Shown here piece by piece: positions 30,852 through 39,530 of a stretch of 64,000 nucleotides of DNA (positions are counted from its first letter, which is position 1; each line of letters opens with the position of its first letter). The stretch comes from a virus (lineage: Duplodnaviria > Caudoviricetes): IMG/VR virus record IMGVR_UViG_3300021387_000688; one strand, given 5' to 3'. Both the position numbers and the translations under genes were made by a program. Below the pieces are notes generated by a model. That model saw only the letters and a program-made list of their open reading frames with translations. It ran no database searches and had not been told where the DNA came from.

Positions 30852-31111
30852 TTTTCAGACCAGGTCTGAAAAATAGGTCTGAAAATTAACCGACTTAATT
30901 CTTTGTATTATATAGAGTTAGGTTTTTCGAAAAATCAGGTCTGAAAATGGGTCTGAAAAATTAGGAGGATTAATTCCTTATATTATAAAGAGTTAGGGAG
31001 GGTGGCACTATTTTTCAGACTTTTCAGACCTAAATTTCAAAAACTAGTAAAGGATTTTATATTAGCTAAAACTTTTTCCAACCGGTCTGAAAAGTCTGAA
31101 AAGTCTGAAAA
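30852..31111. repeat. iteron-like repeat cluster, candidate replication origin
   Basis: 10 copies of GTCTGAAAA (7 forward, 3 reverse) plus two copies of an AT-rich ~28-mer ending AGAGTTAGG. Confidence 0.75.
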
Positions 31112-31181
31112 ATTCTTTCACTTTTTTGAAAGACGAGGGAGAACAAAGTTTATATTATACTATGTTAAGGAGAAAAATAAA

Positions 31182-31613
31182 ATGGCTCAAATAAATCCAA
31201 AAAAGATTTTAGCAGATAAAGTTTTTATCCCTGCTGAAAATTGGGACCCAGAAAAGCAAATTCAGCAAGTAGGAATTGATGTTACTCTTAAGCTAACAGA
31301 ACCTTACGAACTTAAACCTCTATCGTTTGTTAACTTAGATATTAATGAAGGTGTGGACCTTCCAGATAACATTTATTCTACTTTGAATATTCGTTCTTCA
31401 TTTTCAAGAAAAGGTATATTCCAGAGTTCAGGAATATACGATCCTGGCTTTCATGGCACATGTGGTTTATCGCTTTACAATTTGTCAAATAAGCCAATCA
31501 TCTTTGAACCAAATCAGAGAATAGCTCAAATGGTGTTCTTCGATGCAGATGCTGCTTCGGTTTATGACGGTCATTACAATCACACAGACTCAAGTGAGTC
31601 ACAATACAAATAA
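31182..31613 (+). CDS. dCTP deaminase / trimeric dUTPase family
   Basis: GIDV, RSSFSRKG, DPGFHG, RIAQMVF, YDGHY; start moved to 31182 (AGGAG RBS). Confidence 0.85.
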   Translation: MAQINPKKILADKVFIPAENWDPEKQIQQVGIDVTLKLTEPYELKPLSFVNLDINEGVDLPDNIYSTLNIRSSFSRKGIFQSSGIYDPGFHGTCGLSLYNLSNKPIIFEPNQRIAQMVFFDADAASVYDGHYNHTDSSESQYK

Positions 31614-31624
31614 GGAGTTTAATT

Positions 31625-31831
31625 ATGTCAAATATTTCACCTAACAAAAAGTATGTTCTTATTCCACGCGCTGAAGAAAAAGATATGTTGAATAGCAGAT
31701 TGGTTTTTGGTAGAGATTTACTTGAAAGTACAAAGAATGAGGCCGAATGTTCTATTGCACTTGAACGCGGAGATAGGACTATTAACTACAAAGGAAATGA
31801 TTATTTCTTAGACGAAGCATTCGAGGAATAG
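31625..31831 (+). CDS. hypothetical protein
   Basis: AGGAG RBS. Confidence 0.65.
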   Translation: MSNISPNKKYVLIPRAEEKDMLNSRLVFGRDLLESTKNEAECSIALERGDRTINYKGNDYFLDEAFEE

Positions 31832-31832
31832 A

Positions 31833-32099
31833 ATGAACATCTTGACCAGGCTTTTAGATTTCATAAAGAGTAGAAACAAAATTCCAAATGCTGAAAAGGC
31901 AGAAATGGAAAAGTTTATTAGTCAACTCTTAATAGAAGAAAAAATTCAAACTCTCTCAAAACATCAGAAATCTCTAGAAGCCTGGGCCAAGGAGATTTAT
32001 AAGATGATTAAAAATCATCCTGAAATCGATGAAGAGACTGCAATCAATTATATATTATATACATTCGGTTGCATATTGAATAAGGAGAATAAATGTTAG
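31833..32099 (+). CDS. hypothetical protein
   Basis: GAGGA RBS, operon context. Confidence 0.65.
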   Translation: MNILTRLLDFIKSRNKIPNAEKAEMEKFISQLLIEEKIQTLSKHQKSLEAWAKEIYKMIKNHPEIDEETAINYILYTFGCILNKENKC

Positions 32100-32890
32100 T
32101 ATCCCACGAAGTTCCTAAAGCACTTTTGAGTAAAAGTAGAGATTGGAATGATTACGATTATGCACTTTTACATTTAAAACCAAATAAAAAATATTGGGAC
32201 TTTTATAAAGAAAGTGTAGGATTAGGAAGAAAAGTATTACTCGATAATAGTGCATTTGAATTAGGTGCAGGAATGAGTAATGAGAAGTTAGCAGAAGGAA
32301 TTGAAGATTTACATCCAACTTGGTATGTAGTACCAGATACTCTTAATGATTTGCATAAAACAGTTTCATCTTGGGAGTCATGGGAAAAAGATTTTGGCGG
32401 AAAGTATAAAGGTGCTATTGGATGTATCCAGGGTTCTACTTATGAAGAAGTAATTGAATGTTATAAATACTTTTCAGATAAAGCAGATAAAATTGCAATT
32501 CCTGTAGCTGCAGTAAACTATGCAGATAATATGTTCGAAGGAATTGACAGTGCAACTAAAATACTTGAGCGTAGATGGTTAGGAAGAACTTTCCTTATTA
32601 GAGATTTAATGAATAGAGGTATTTGGAATTTTGATAAACCTCATCATTTGTTAGGTTGTACACAAGCCATTGAATTTAGAGATCCAATTTATCAATATCC
32701 ATGTTTTGATACCTTAGATACTTCTAATCCAATTGTAGCTGGATTGGAGGGAGAACCTTATAATCAATTTGGATTACAGAATAAGTCTAAAACAAAACTG
32801 GCAGACTTGATTGAAGCAAAACCAACTGATGAGCAATTAGCTCTTATAGAAGGTAATGTACAAATCTTTAAACACATTATCGGAAGATAA
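32093..32890 (+). CDS. DpdA/TGT-like 7-deazaguanine DNA transglycosylase
   Basis: LLDNSAFE, VVPD, QG, HHLLG, DTS motifs of the TGT-like barrel; upstream of queD/queE. Confidence 0.65.
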   Translation: MLVSHEVPKALLSKSRDWNDYDYALLHLKPNKKYWDFYKESVGLGRKVLLDNSAFELGAGMSNEKLAEGIEDLHPTWYVVPDTLNDLHKTVSSWESWEKDFGGKYKGAIGCIQGSTYEEVIECYKYFSDKADKIAIPVAAVNYADNMFEGIDSATKILERRWLGRTFLIRDLMNRGIWNFDKPHHLLGCTQAIEFRDPIYQYPCFDTLDTSNPIVAGLEGEPYNQFGLQNKSKTKLADLIEAKPTDEQLALIEGNVQIFKHIIGR

Positions 32891-32900
32891 GGAGACGTTT

Positions 32901-33119
32901 ATGGAAACAATATATTGCGTAGTTAATATTTTTTCTGTAGAGGATGGAAGAAAAGTTAAAGTAACTTTTGATGAACCCGCAGATGTAAATGTTTTGAACG
33001 ATATATCTGAATATTTTAGATGTCAGTTAGATTCTTTACAATTGGGCACATATGAAGTATGTTACAATTGTAACACTAGCGATATTAAGATTCAAAGATA
33101 TATTTCAAAAGCACTTTAG
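32901..33119 (+). CDS. hypothetical protein
   Basis: ATG 32901 after AGGAG. Confidence 0.6.
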   Translation: METIYCVVNIFSVEDGRKVKVTFDEPADVNVLNDISEYFRCQLDSLQLGTYEVCYNCNTSDIKIQRYISKAL

Positions 33120-33246
33120 TAAAAGATAATTTAGCAGGACAGTAGAAGATCTCACCTTCTATTGAAAGTTACATATCGGACTTTCTAACTGCTTTATCGC
33201 TAATTAATACAGTGCCGTGAGAAGCACTTAAAAGGAGAATAACGAT

Positions 33247-33891
33247 ATGTTTAATTATGTTCTTAAAGAGGGTTTAACCCTACCTACCAATTTAGAAAAA
33301 TTCTATTACATTTATGAGATTAAAAATCTAAAAAATGGGAAAACTTATATAGGTAAACATGTAAGTAAAAAATTACCAGACAATTATTTTGGAAGCGGTA
33401 TTTATCTTAAAAATTCTATTAAAAAACATGGAATAGAAAATTTTCAAAAAACCATTTTAGATTTTGCAGAAAACTTAGAAGAATTAAGTAAGAAAGAAAA
33501 AGAATGGATAACCATATACAAATCTCAAGGAAAAGCAGAATTTAATCTTACTCAAGGGGGAGAAGGTGGAGATACTTTATCTCAACGTAGAGAAGAAGAT
33601 AATCTAAAACGTTCTCAATCCTTGAAAGAATATTGGACGCCAGATCATATAAGTTCTAGAAATAATAAAATATTCCAAACATGGAATTCTAAAACAGAAA
33701 ACGAATTGAGAACTTTTAGAAAGAACCATAGTAAATATTTATATAAGCGAAAAGGGGTTGAAGAACCTTTTATGACTTTAAGGGAGATATCTGAATTAAC
33801 AGGGTTATCAGTTCATTGTATAAATATGGCTGCAAAAAATAACTCTACTACTAGAAATGGATTAATTTTTGAACGTACTTTGAAATCATAA
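33247..33891 (+). CDS. free-standing GIY-YIG homing endonuclease
   Basis: YIYEIKNLKNGKTYIGKH, YFGSG, FNLTQGGEGG, C-terminal HTH-like segment. Confidence 0.85.
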   Translation: MFNYVLKEGLTLPTNLEKFYYIYEIKNLKNGKTYIGKHVSKKLPDNYFGSGIYLKNSIKKHGIENFQKTILDFAENLEELSKKEKEWITIYKSQGKAEFNLTQGGEGGDTLSQRREEDNLKRSQSLKEYWTPDHISSRNNKIFQTWNSKTENELRTFRKNHSKYLYKRKGVEEPFMTLREISELTGLSVHCINMAAKNNSTTRNGLIFERTLKS

Positions 33892-33905
33892 TCTATAATT
33901 ATATC

Positions 33906-34433
33906 ATGTATAAAATAACAACAGATATAGAATTGCCAATAGCTCACTGCTTATACAGAGGAGCTTACTCAGGTTTGTGTTGCGGTAATGTTTACCGCGA
34001 TTCAAAGAACGATGGAGAAAAAGATAGATACGAATTAGGAGACAAAGTATTACCGGTACTACACGGTCATAATTATTTTGTCACAGTATCTCTTTCGTCA
34101 GAAGAACTAGACAAAAATGGAATGATAGTAGACTTCAAAAAGATGAAAAAAATAATTCATTCGTATTTTGATCAATTTGATCATTCCATGATTCTTACCC
34201 CAGACAATCCTTTAGTTGAAGTTTATAAAAAGAACTTCAAAGAAAACGGGATAGAATTTGAAAGATCTAGAATTTTTGTATGGGATGAAAATCCTACTGC
34301 AGAATACATGTCTCAGTATTGGTTCGAAAAAATGAAAGAATCCTTTATTAATGAAGGACTTAAATTGACACATCTCGCAGTAACTGTAGAAGAAACTTCA
34401 AAAAATTCAGTAACATATGAAGAGGATTTGTAA
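33906..34433 (+). CDS. queD: 6-carboxytetrahydropterin synthase
   Basis: AH, LHGHNY, VDFKKMK, FDHS, NPTAE, VEET. Confidence 0.88.
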   Translation: MYKITTDIELPIAHCLYRGAYSGLCCGNVYRDSKNDGEKDRYELGDKVLPVLHGHNYFVTVSLSSEELDKNGMIVDFKKMKKIIHSYFDQFDHSMILTPDNPLVEVYKKNFKENGIEFERSRIFVWDENPTAEYMSQYWFEKMKESFINEGLKLTHLAVTVEETSKNSVTYEEDL

Positions 34434-35203
34434 TGATTAGGTACAACGAAGAAAAGAAAGCTAATGAAATCTGTTTGATTAATATTTTCAAATCAATCGA
34501 TGGAGAAGCTTTTCATGCAGGACAACCAACAGTATTTGTAAGAACATTTGGATGCAATCTTAGATGCCCTTTCTGTGATACAAAGGAGTGTTGGACAGAA
34601 GAAAACTTCAATAAAGTTTATGAAGGTAAATTGAATTTGTCTTGGATGACGGCAGATGAGATTATTACAAAAGTTGAAGAAATGGAAAAAGATTTTCCTA
34701 ATAAGTCAATTTGTTTGACAGGCGGAGAACCTTTGCTTCCTGAAAATGATCCAGTAACATTTGATCTTGTAAAAAAACTTATTTCATTACATTATGCAGT
34801 TAACGTAGAAACAGATGGCGCAGTAGATTATAAACCTTGGAAAGAAAGGTTTACAAAAATTACAATGAAGGACTATTATGGAAACCGCGAAGGTCTTTCA
34901 CTTATTACAGATTGGAAACTTCCTTGTTCAAAAATGAATAAGAAGATGATTGAATCAAATCTTTCAATATTGGATGAGTTTGATGTAATTAAATGTGTTA
35001 TTACAGATGATCCTGAAGATTGGAAAGAATTTGAAAGGATTTGTAAATCTGGAACAAAAGCAAAACTTTATTTGAGTCCATGTTTTGGTGACGTTACAAT
35101 GAGTAAGATTCCTGAATTTGTAATAGCGCATCCAGAATATCGTATAACGGCGCAGTTACAACAACACAAGTTCTTCTGGTCACCTAGTACCAAGGATGTT
35201 TAA
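34433..35203 (+). CDS. queE: 7-carboxy-7-deazaguanine synthase (radical SAM)
   Basis: SIDGE, FVRTFGCNLRCPFCDT, TGGEP, QLQQHK. Confidence 0.9.
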   Translation: MIRYNEEKKANEICLINIFKSIDGEAFHAGQPTVFVRTFGCNLRCPFCDTKECWTEENFNKVYEGKLNLSWMTADEIITKVEEMEKDFPNKSICLTGGEPLLPENDPVTFDLVKKLISLHYAVNVETDGAVDYKPWKERFTKITMKDYYGNREGLSLITDWKLPCSKMNKKMIESNLSILDEFDVIKCVITDDPEDWKEFERICKSGTKAKLYLSPCFGDVTMSKIPEFVIAHPEYRITAQLQQHKFFWSPSTKDV

Positions 35204-35320
35204 ACATCTTTTATTGATGCCCTCCAGTAAATCTAACTTTTAGATTCCAAAGCTCCTTCGAAAGAGGGGGCTTTTTTATTTTTACCATTACCTTACTATA
35301 TTAAAGTAGAAGGAGAACAC

Positions 35321-36085
35321 ATGAGAAAGAATATTTGCGAATATGATGATTACTATCCAAAACCTCAAGCTGTTAATAATCCATTAAAGATTATTGAAGG
35401 ACCTGACGGTAGAATTATTGACTATTGGCTTATTGATCCAATCGAAGATTTGAATGATTATATAGATTTTCTTAGAGAAGTAGATAATGCAAAAACTACA
35501 GATACTATAAGAATCCATATCAATTGTTACGGAGGAGATGGTACTGTTGCTTATAACATTGTAGATGCTTTAAGAGAAAGTAGGGCCCAAATTGATATAC
35601 GTATTGAAGGAGCTTGTGCTTCTGCTGCAACCCTTATTATGTTAGCAGGTAATACTTGGTTTATTTTACCACACTCTTATGTAATGGTTCATTCATGGCA
35701 TGGATGGATTGCAGGTAAATGGGCTGAACAAAAAGCTAGATTCCATTACGACGAAGATGTATGTGAAAAGCAATTTAGAGAAATCTATAAAAACTTTATG
35801 ACAGATGAAGAAATTCAACTTTGTTTGGATGGTAAAGATTATTACTTTGATGCAAATGAAACTTTGAAACGTTTGCAGAATTATCAAGCAGATTTAGTAG
35901 CTAAACAAGAGGCTGTGGATAGAGTACAAGCAAAGTACAATGACTTGATGAAGAAAGAAGTTCAAGCAATTCTTGCAGGAGAAGCTTCTACAGAAGAGGA
36001 AAAGAAACCAAAACCAAAAGATAAAGAAAAAACTAAAAGTATAGTATCCGCGATTTCAGCGAAAGTAAAGAATACTAAAAAGTAA
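35321..36085 (+). CDS. clpP: ClpP-like serine protease
   Basis: HINCYGG, GACASAAT (Ser), VMVH (His). Confidence 0.8.
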   Translation: MRKNICEYDDYYPKPQAVNNPLKIIEGPDGRIIDYWLIDPIEDLNDYIDFLREVDNAKTTDTIRIHINCYGGDGTVAYNIVDALRESRAQIDIRIEGACASAATLIMLAGNTWFILPHSYVMVHSWHGWIAGKWAEQKARFHYDEDVCEKQFREIYKNFMTDEEIQLCLDGKDYYFDANETLKRLQNYQADLVAKQEAVDRVQAKYNDLMKKEVQAILAGEASTEEEKKPKPKDKEKTKSIVSAISAKVKNTKK

Positions 36086-36163
36086 TAGCAAAGGCTCCTA
36101 AAAAGGAGCCTTTTTTATTGCAGGAAACCCTTTTCTATATTTTTTTAATTAAAAGGAGCAAAA

Positions 36164-37384
36164 ATGGCTAAAGAAAAGAAAACAAATGCTACAGCAGATG
36201 ACGACTTTGATAAACTCTTAGGTTCTGTAGAAAAAGAATTCGGTGCAGTTTATTCAGGAGAAGCTGCGGCTATTCAGGATGAATATATTCTTTTGGATGC
36301 CCCACGTTTGGCTTGGGCATACGGTGGTAAACTTAAGTTGAATGCTATCCATCGTCTTAATGGTAAAGAGTCTGGTGGTAAAACAACTTTGGCAACTTAC
36401 CTTTGCGGTCAATGTCAGAAACGCAAGTTTGAAAAAGAAGGTAATTATAAAAATGCACACGTGGTTATCATTGATAACGAGCATACATTCGATGTAGTAC
36501 ATGCAAAGGATTTAGGATTACTTCTTAATGATCCTATGACAGGAAAGCCTCTTGTACATATCCTTCGTAATAAATATGTAGAAGACCAGTGCGCGGCTTG
36601 GGAAAAGATTGTAGAGTCTGGAAGAATATGTGCTTCTATTTACGACTCCGATGCAGCCGCTATTAACAAAGCAGAGTTCGATAACGAAATTGGTAAAGCA
36701 AACTTCGGTGCTGGTGCAAAGGCAAACGGTGTAGTTATTAAGAGAATGAACTGGTATGTAGATACTTTCAAGACCCCTTTGTTCTGGATTTCACAGGAAC
36801 GTGCAAATCAGGAATTGATGGCCCACTTGCCAAAACCAACAGGAGGTGAAGCTGTAAACTTCTATCCATCTACTCGTTTCCGTGTAACTCCAAAAGAGTT
36901 TATTACAAAGAGTGGAGAGATTGTAGGTATTACAATGAAGATTAAGAACTACAAGAATAAGACAGGTATTCCATTCCGTGAATGTTTATTGGATGTTTAC
37001 TTCAAAGACGGTCCAGATTATACTCATGGTATTAATGGAGAAGGTCAGTATCTTGATATGTTACTTGAACTTGGAATTATTGCACAGCACGGCGGATGGT
37101 ATTATTTATGGGAAGACCAGCCAGATAAGCTTGTTAAGATGCAGGGATGGGGCGGGGTTCAGAATTGGTTTAATGAACACCCAGATGTATTCCAGGATTT
37201 CAAAACAATGGTAAATGAAAAGATGTCTGGATATGATAGTGCACTTGATAAGAATACTGTAGAGGTAGACGAGGAAGCTGAATTCCAGAAGGAGCAGAAA
37301 GAAGCTTTAGCAAAACGTGAAGCCGCTCAGAAGGAAGTAGAAAGTAGTGAAACCAGTAACGAAGTAGAAAATATTGAGGAGTAA
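36164..37384 (+). CDS. recA: RecA/UvsX-family recombinase
   Basis: GKESGGKTT, IDNEH, YDS, ISQER, PTGGEAVNFY, KNK. Confidence 0.88.
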   Translation: MAKEKKTNATADDDFDKLLGSVEKEFGAVYSGEAAAIQDEYILLDAPRLAWAYGGKLKLNAIHRLNGKESGGKTTLATYLCGQCQKRKFEKEGNYKNAHVVIIDNEHTFDVVHAKDLGLLLNDPMTGKPLVHILRNKYVEDQCAAWEKIVESGRICASIYDSDAAAINKAEFDNEIGKANFGAGAKANGVVIKRMNWYVDTFKTPLFWISQERANQELMAHLPKPTGGEAVNFYPSTRFRVTPKEFITKSGEIVGITMKIKNYKNKTGIPFRECLLDVYFKDGPDYTHGINGEGQYLDMLLELGIIAQHGGWYYLWEDQPDKLVKMQGWGGVQNWFNEHPDVFQDFKTMVNEKMSGYDSALDKNTVEVDEEAEFQKEQKEALAKREAAQKEVESSETSNEVENIEE

Positions 37385-37422
37385 CCACTATCTATAATTA
37401 AATAAAAAGTAGGGGGCTGTGT

Positions 37423-37563
37423 ATGGGATACGAGTCTGCGGATGATGAATTTAATTTGTATGGAGTCATTGCTTCTGACGAAGTGGATGACGATAACTAT
37501 AATGAATCAGCCGAGGCTATGACCTTCGACCCTACTGAAGAATTATTAGACGAAGCAATTTAA
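37423..37563 (+). CDS. small highly acidic protein (46 aa, not in ORF track)
   Basis: MGYESADDEFNLYGVIASDEVDDDNYNESAEAMTFDPTEELLDEAI; AGGGGG RBS, CTATAAT upstream. Confidence 0.6.
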   Translation: MGYESADDEFNLYGVIASDEVDDDNYNESAEAMTFDPTEELLDEAI

Positions 37564-37604
37564 TTACAAATTGCGCTAATTATAAACATTAAGGAATTAA
37601 GGCT

Positions 37605-37706
37605 ATGAAAAACGTATTGAACAGGAGTTTAGTATTATTACAACAACAAATAGCCATAACTTTGCCTTTATATAGAAACAGATATTATTGGAGAGATAAG
37701 GGGTGA
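37605..37706 (+). CDS. leader peptide of tRNA array 1 (33 aa)
   Basis: MKNVLNRSLVLLQQQIAITLPLYRNRYYWRDKG; AAGGA upstream; stop overlaps antiterminator arm. Confidence 0.75.
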   Translation: MKNVLNRSLVLLQQQIAITLPLYRNRYYWRDKG

Positions 37707-37766
37707 GTTGATTCCGAGAGAGTTTAGAATTCAACACCCCTTTAGAGAAATCTAAAGGGGTTTTTT
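37698..37766 (+). promoter_or_regulatory. transcription attenuator (antiterminator/terminator) 1
   Basis: AAGGGGTG-AGTTGA pairs with TCAAC-ACCCCTT, competing with terminator ACCCCTTTAGA-GAAA-TCTAAAGGGGT + T tract. Confidence 0.8.
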
Positions 37767-37847
37767 ATTGGTAGAAAATTTCTAATCTTTTTAGATAAAA
37801 AAGGATCGGGGATTAGCTATATTGAAAAAGTCAGTTAATTAATAATT

Positions 37848-38040
37848 GATAACAATCAAACAAAAGATCCTTACTGAAGTAGGTCGAGTAACTGAGGTAA
37901 CGTTTAGTAAGTGAAAGAATGAGGGCAGTTAAGACTGAGGTAGATACGATCATGAAATAACCGATGTATAGGCGGTGTAAAGATGATTGTTGAAGGTTGG
38001 ATGCAGACGGCAGCGATAAATGCATCAGAGTTTGATTATC
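37848..38040 (+). ncRNA. unassigned structured RNA at head of array 1
   Basis: ends pair (GATAA-CAATCAAAC / GTTTGATTATC); internal hairpins; no plus-strand ORF. Confidence 0.4.
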
Positions 38041-38041
38041 T

Positions 38042-38127
38042 GGGTAGGTGTGCCGAATGGTTTGAAGGCAGCGGACTGTAAATCCGTGACATTAGAAACA
38101 CTGGGGGTTCGAATCCCTCCCTGCCCA
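38042..38127 (+). tRNA. tRNA-Tyr(GTA)
   Basis: cloverleaf, GCGGA-CTGTAAA-TCCGT, long variable arm. Confidence 0.9.
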
Positions 38128-38131
38128 TCAT

Positions 38132-38214
38132 GCGTTCATGACCGGAGATGGCATCGGGCCTGACTGTAAATCAGGTGTATTCGTACATGGGGAGTTCGAG
38201 TCTCTCAGGGCGCA
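38132..38214 (+). tRNA. tRNA-Tyr(GTA), second divergent copy
   Basis: CCTGA-CTGTAAA-TCAGG, TTCGAG T-loop. Confidence 0.8.
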
Positions 38215-38219
38215 CTTTT

Positions 38220-38243
38220 GATCTTTGGCATTATTAAGGAAGG
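38220..38243 (+). promoter_or_regulatory. boxA-like antitermination element
   Basis: GATCTTTGGCA..TAAGGAAGG, repeated at 60866. Confidence 0.5.
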
Positions 38244-38254
38244 ATTTTCTTTAT

Positions 38255-38340
38255 GCACTCGTGGCGGAACTGGTAGACGCCCAGGACTTAAAATCCTGTG
38301 TCGGTTAAACGGCGTACGGGTTCGATTCCCGTCGGGTGCA
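38255..38340 (+). tRNA. tRNA-Leu(TAA)
   Basis: CAGGA-CTTAAAA-TCCTG, variable arm. Confidence 0.92.
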
Positions 38341-38459
38341 CTAATAGTTGCGGCTACACAACTTAAAAAGATACAACCGATCGAAGGGAACTGAGTATGT
38401 CCTTGTTAACGTTGTTATGTAGTGTTTGAAGGTTGCTGCAAACCGCACCTTCGTTTTAT

Positions 38460-38533
38460 GGTCCCGTAGCTTATCTGGATAAAGCATTTGCCTTCTAAGC
38501 AAAGGATTGGGGGTTCGAGTCCCTCCGGGATCA
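38460..38533 (+). tRNA. tRNA-Arg(TCT)
   Basis: TTTGC-CTTCTAA-GCAAA. Confidence 0.92.
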
Positions 38534-38542
38534 CTATTTTAT

Positions 38543-38613
38543 TCTCCCGTGGTGTAGCGGTCGCACATGAGGTTTTGATCCTTACAGGCTGGGTTCGAGT
38601 CCTAGCGGGAGAA
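38543..38613 (+). tRNA. tRNA-Gln(TTG)
   Basis: TGAGG-TTTTGAT-CCTTA. Confidence 0.88.
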
Positions 38614-38618
38614 CTACA

Positions 38619-39445
38619 GGGTTGGTTTCCGATCCTATTAAAAGATAAACGGTGAATACATAAGCCGTGAAAGTCATATTCGTAAAGGTATGGCGGTGGG
38701 AATTTATTTTCCACTCTACGTGAAAACAATGCATCTAACTTGTGATGGCGTTGACCGACGGCAAGTGCTGAGGTTGATAGTTGCAAGGCTCGGTAGTCGA
38801 CGAGCTTGGTTCAAGTTGAGAAGTTGCTTTCTTAATAGCAACTTTGACTACAAGAATGACAGAAGGTGTATTTATCCTCTAAGAAAGAATTGCAAGTTCC
38901 CATAGAGAGGATAACGAACAACGGTAGGTTCTTCAAAGAAATGAGGAGAATTGAAGTCAGTAGATCGAGTAGTTTTTGCAGACGAAAGTAGAAAGGTGAA
39001 GTTTTCTAAACCAGTCAAAAGCTGGCAAGGAACAAGCTAGACCTCATCTTTCAAGGTAGTCAACCGAAATTCTTATGATTAACTCAGTTGGATAGAGTAA
39101 TTGCCTCCTAAGCAATCTGTCGTAGGTTCAATTCCTACATCACAAGCAAAAGTGTCTAGCACAGCCAAATGAAAATGGCGTTATCCAGGTGAAATATACT
39201 GGCTTGGTGAGTACCGCAAGGAAAGTCAAGAATGGAATGAAGTAGTCAACTGGTAAGAGCCCGCAAGCTCTTCAGGCCGCAAGCCGCTAGGGATGAAAAA
39301 GGAAATTATAAGTTTGGTTGTAGTGAGTTCGACAACACTCTTTAAGTTGTTCGCCATGCGTTCTACTATCAGAAATGGTAGTGTGATTGAAGTTCCGAAA
39401 GGGATTAAAATGAACGTTGTTTAGGTCAATAAATCTCAGCCTTTT
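38619..39445 (+). ncRNA. GOLLD-like giant structured RNA with embedded tRNA-Arg
   Basis: about 830 nt without a credible ORF, many GNRA-capped hairpins (GCAA/GAAA), 3' end AATCTCAGCC, internal tRNA, located in a phage tRNA array. Confidence 0.55.
39073..39146 (+). tRNA. tRNA-Arg(CCT) embedded in GOLLD-like RNA
   Basis: ATTGC-CTCCTAA-GCAAT; one acceptor mismatch. Confidence 0.75.
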
Positions 39446-39454
39446 CATTTTTTT

Positions 39455-39526
39455 CAATCTGTAGTTTAACGGATAGAACTTCAGCCTCCTAAGCTGAAAG
39501 TGCGAGTTCAATTCTCGCCAGGTTGA
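39455..39526 (+). tRNA. tRNA-Arg(CCT)
   Basis: TCAGC-CTCCTAA-GCTGA. Confidence 0.88.
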
Positions 39527-39530
39527 CTAT

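Noticed and set aside
30852-31111. CRISPR array
   Set aside because: Repeats are only 9 nt, irregularly spaced, in both orientations, with no spacers or cas genes.
31002-31181. N-terminal extension of the dCTP deaminase ORF
   Set aside because: It merely reads through the repeat cluster (SEKSEKSEK); a good RBS precedes ATG 31182.
33120-33905. Group I intron around the GIY-YIG gene, or preQ1 riboswitch upstream of queD
   Set aside because: Flanking genes are complete; upstream hairpins do not match intron core or preQ1 consensus as far as I can see.
37605-37766. T-box riboswitch as explanation of the array leaders
   Set aside because: No TGGNACC T-box bulge or stem I motifs; translated-leader geometry fits better.
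38348-38452. tRNA-Asn (contains TTGTTAA)
   Set aside because: No T arm or convincing anticodon stem; left as an unassigned spacer.
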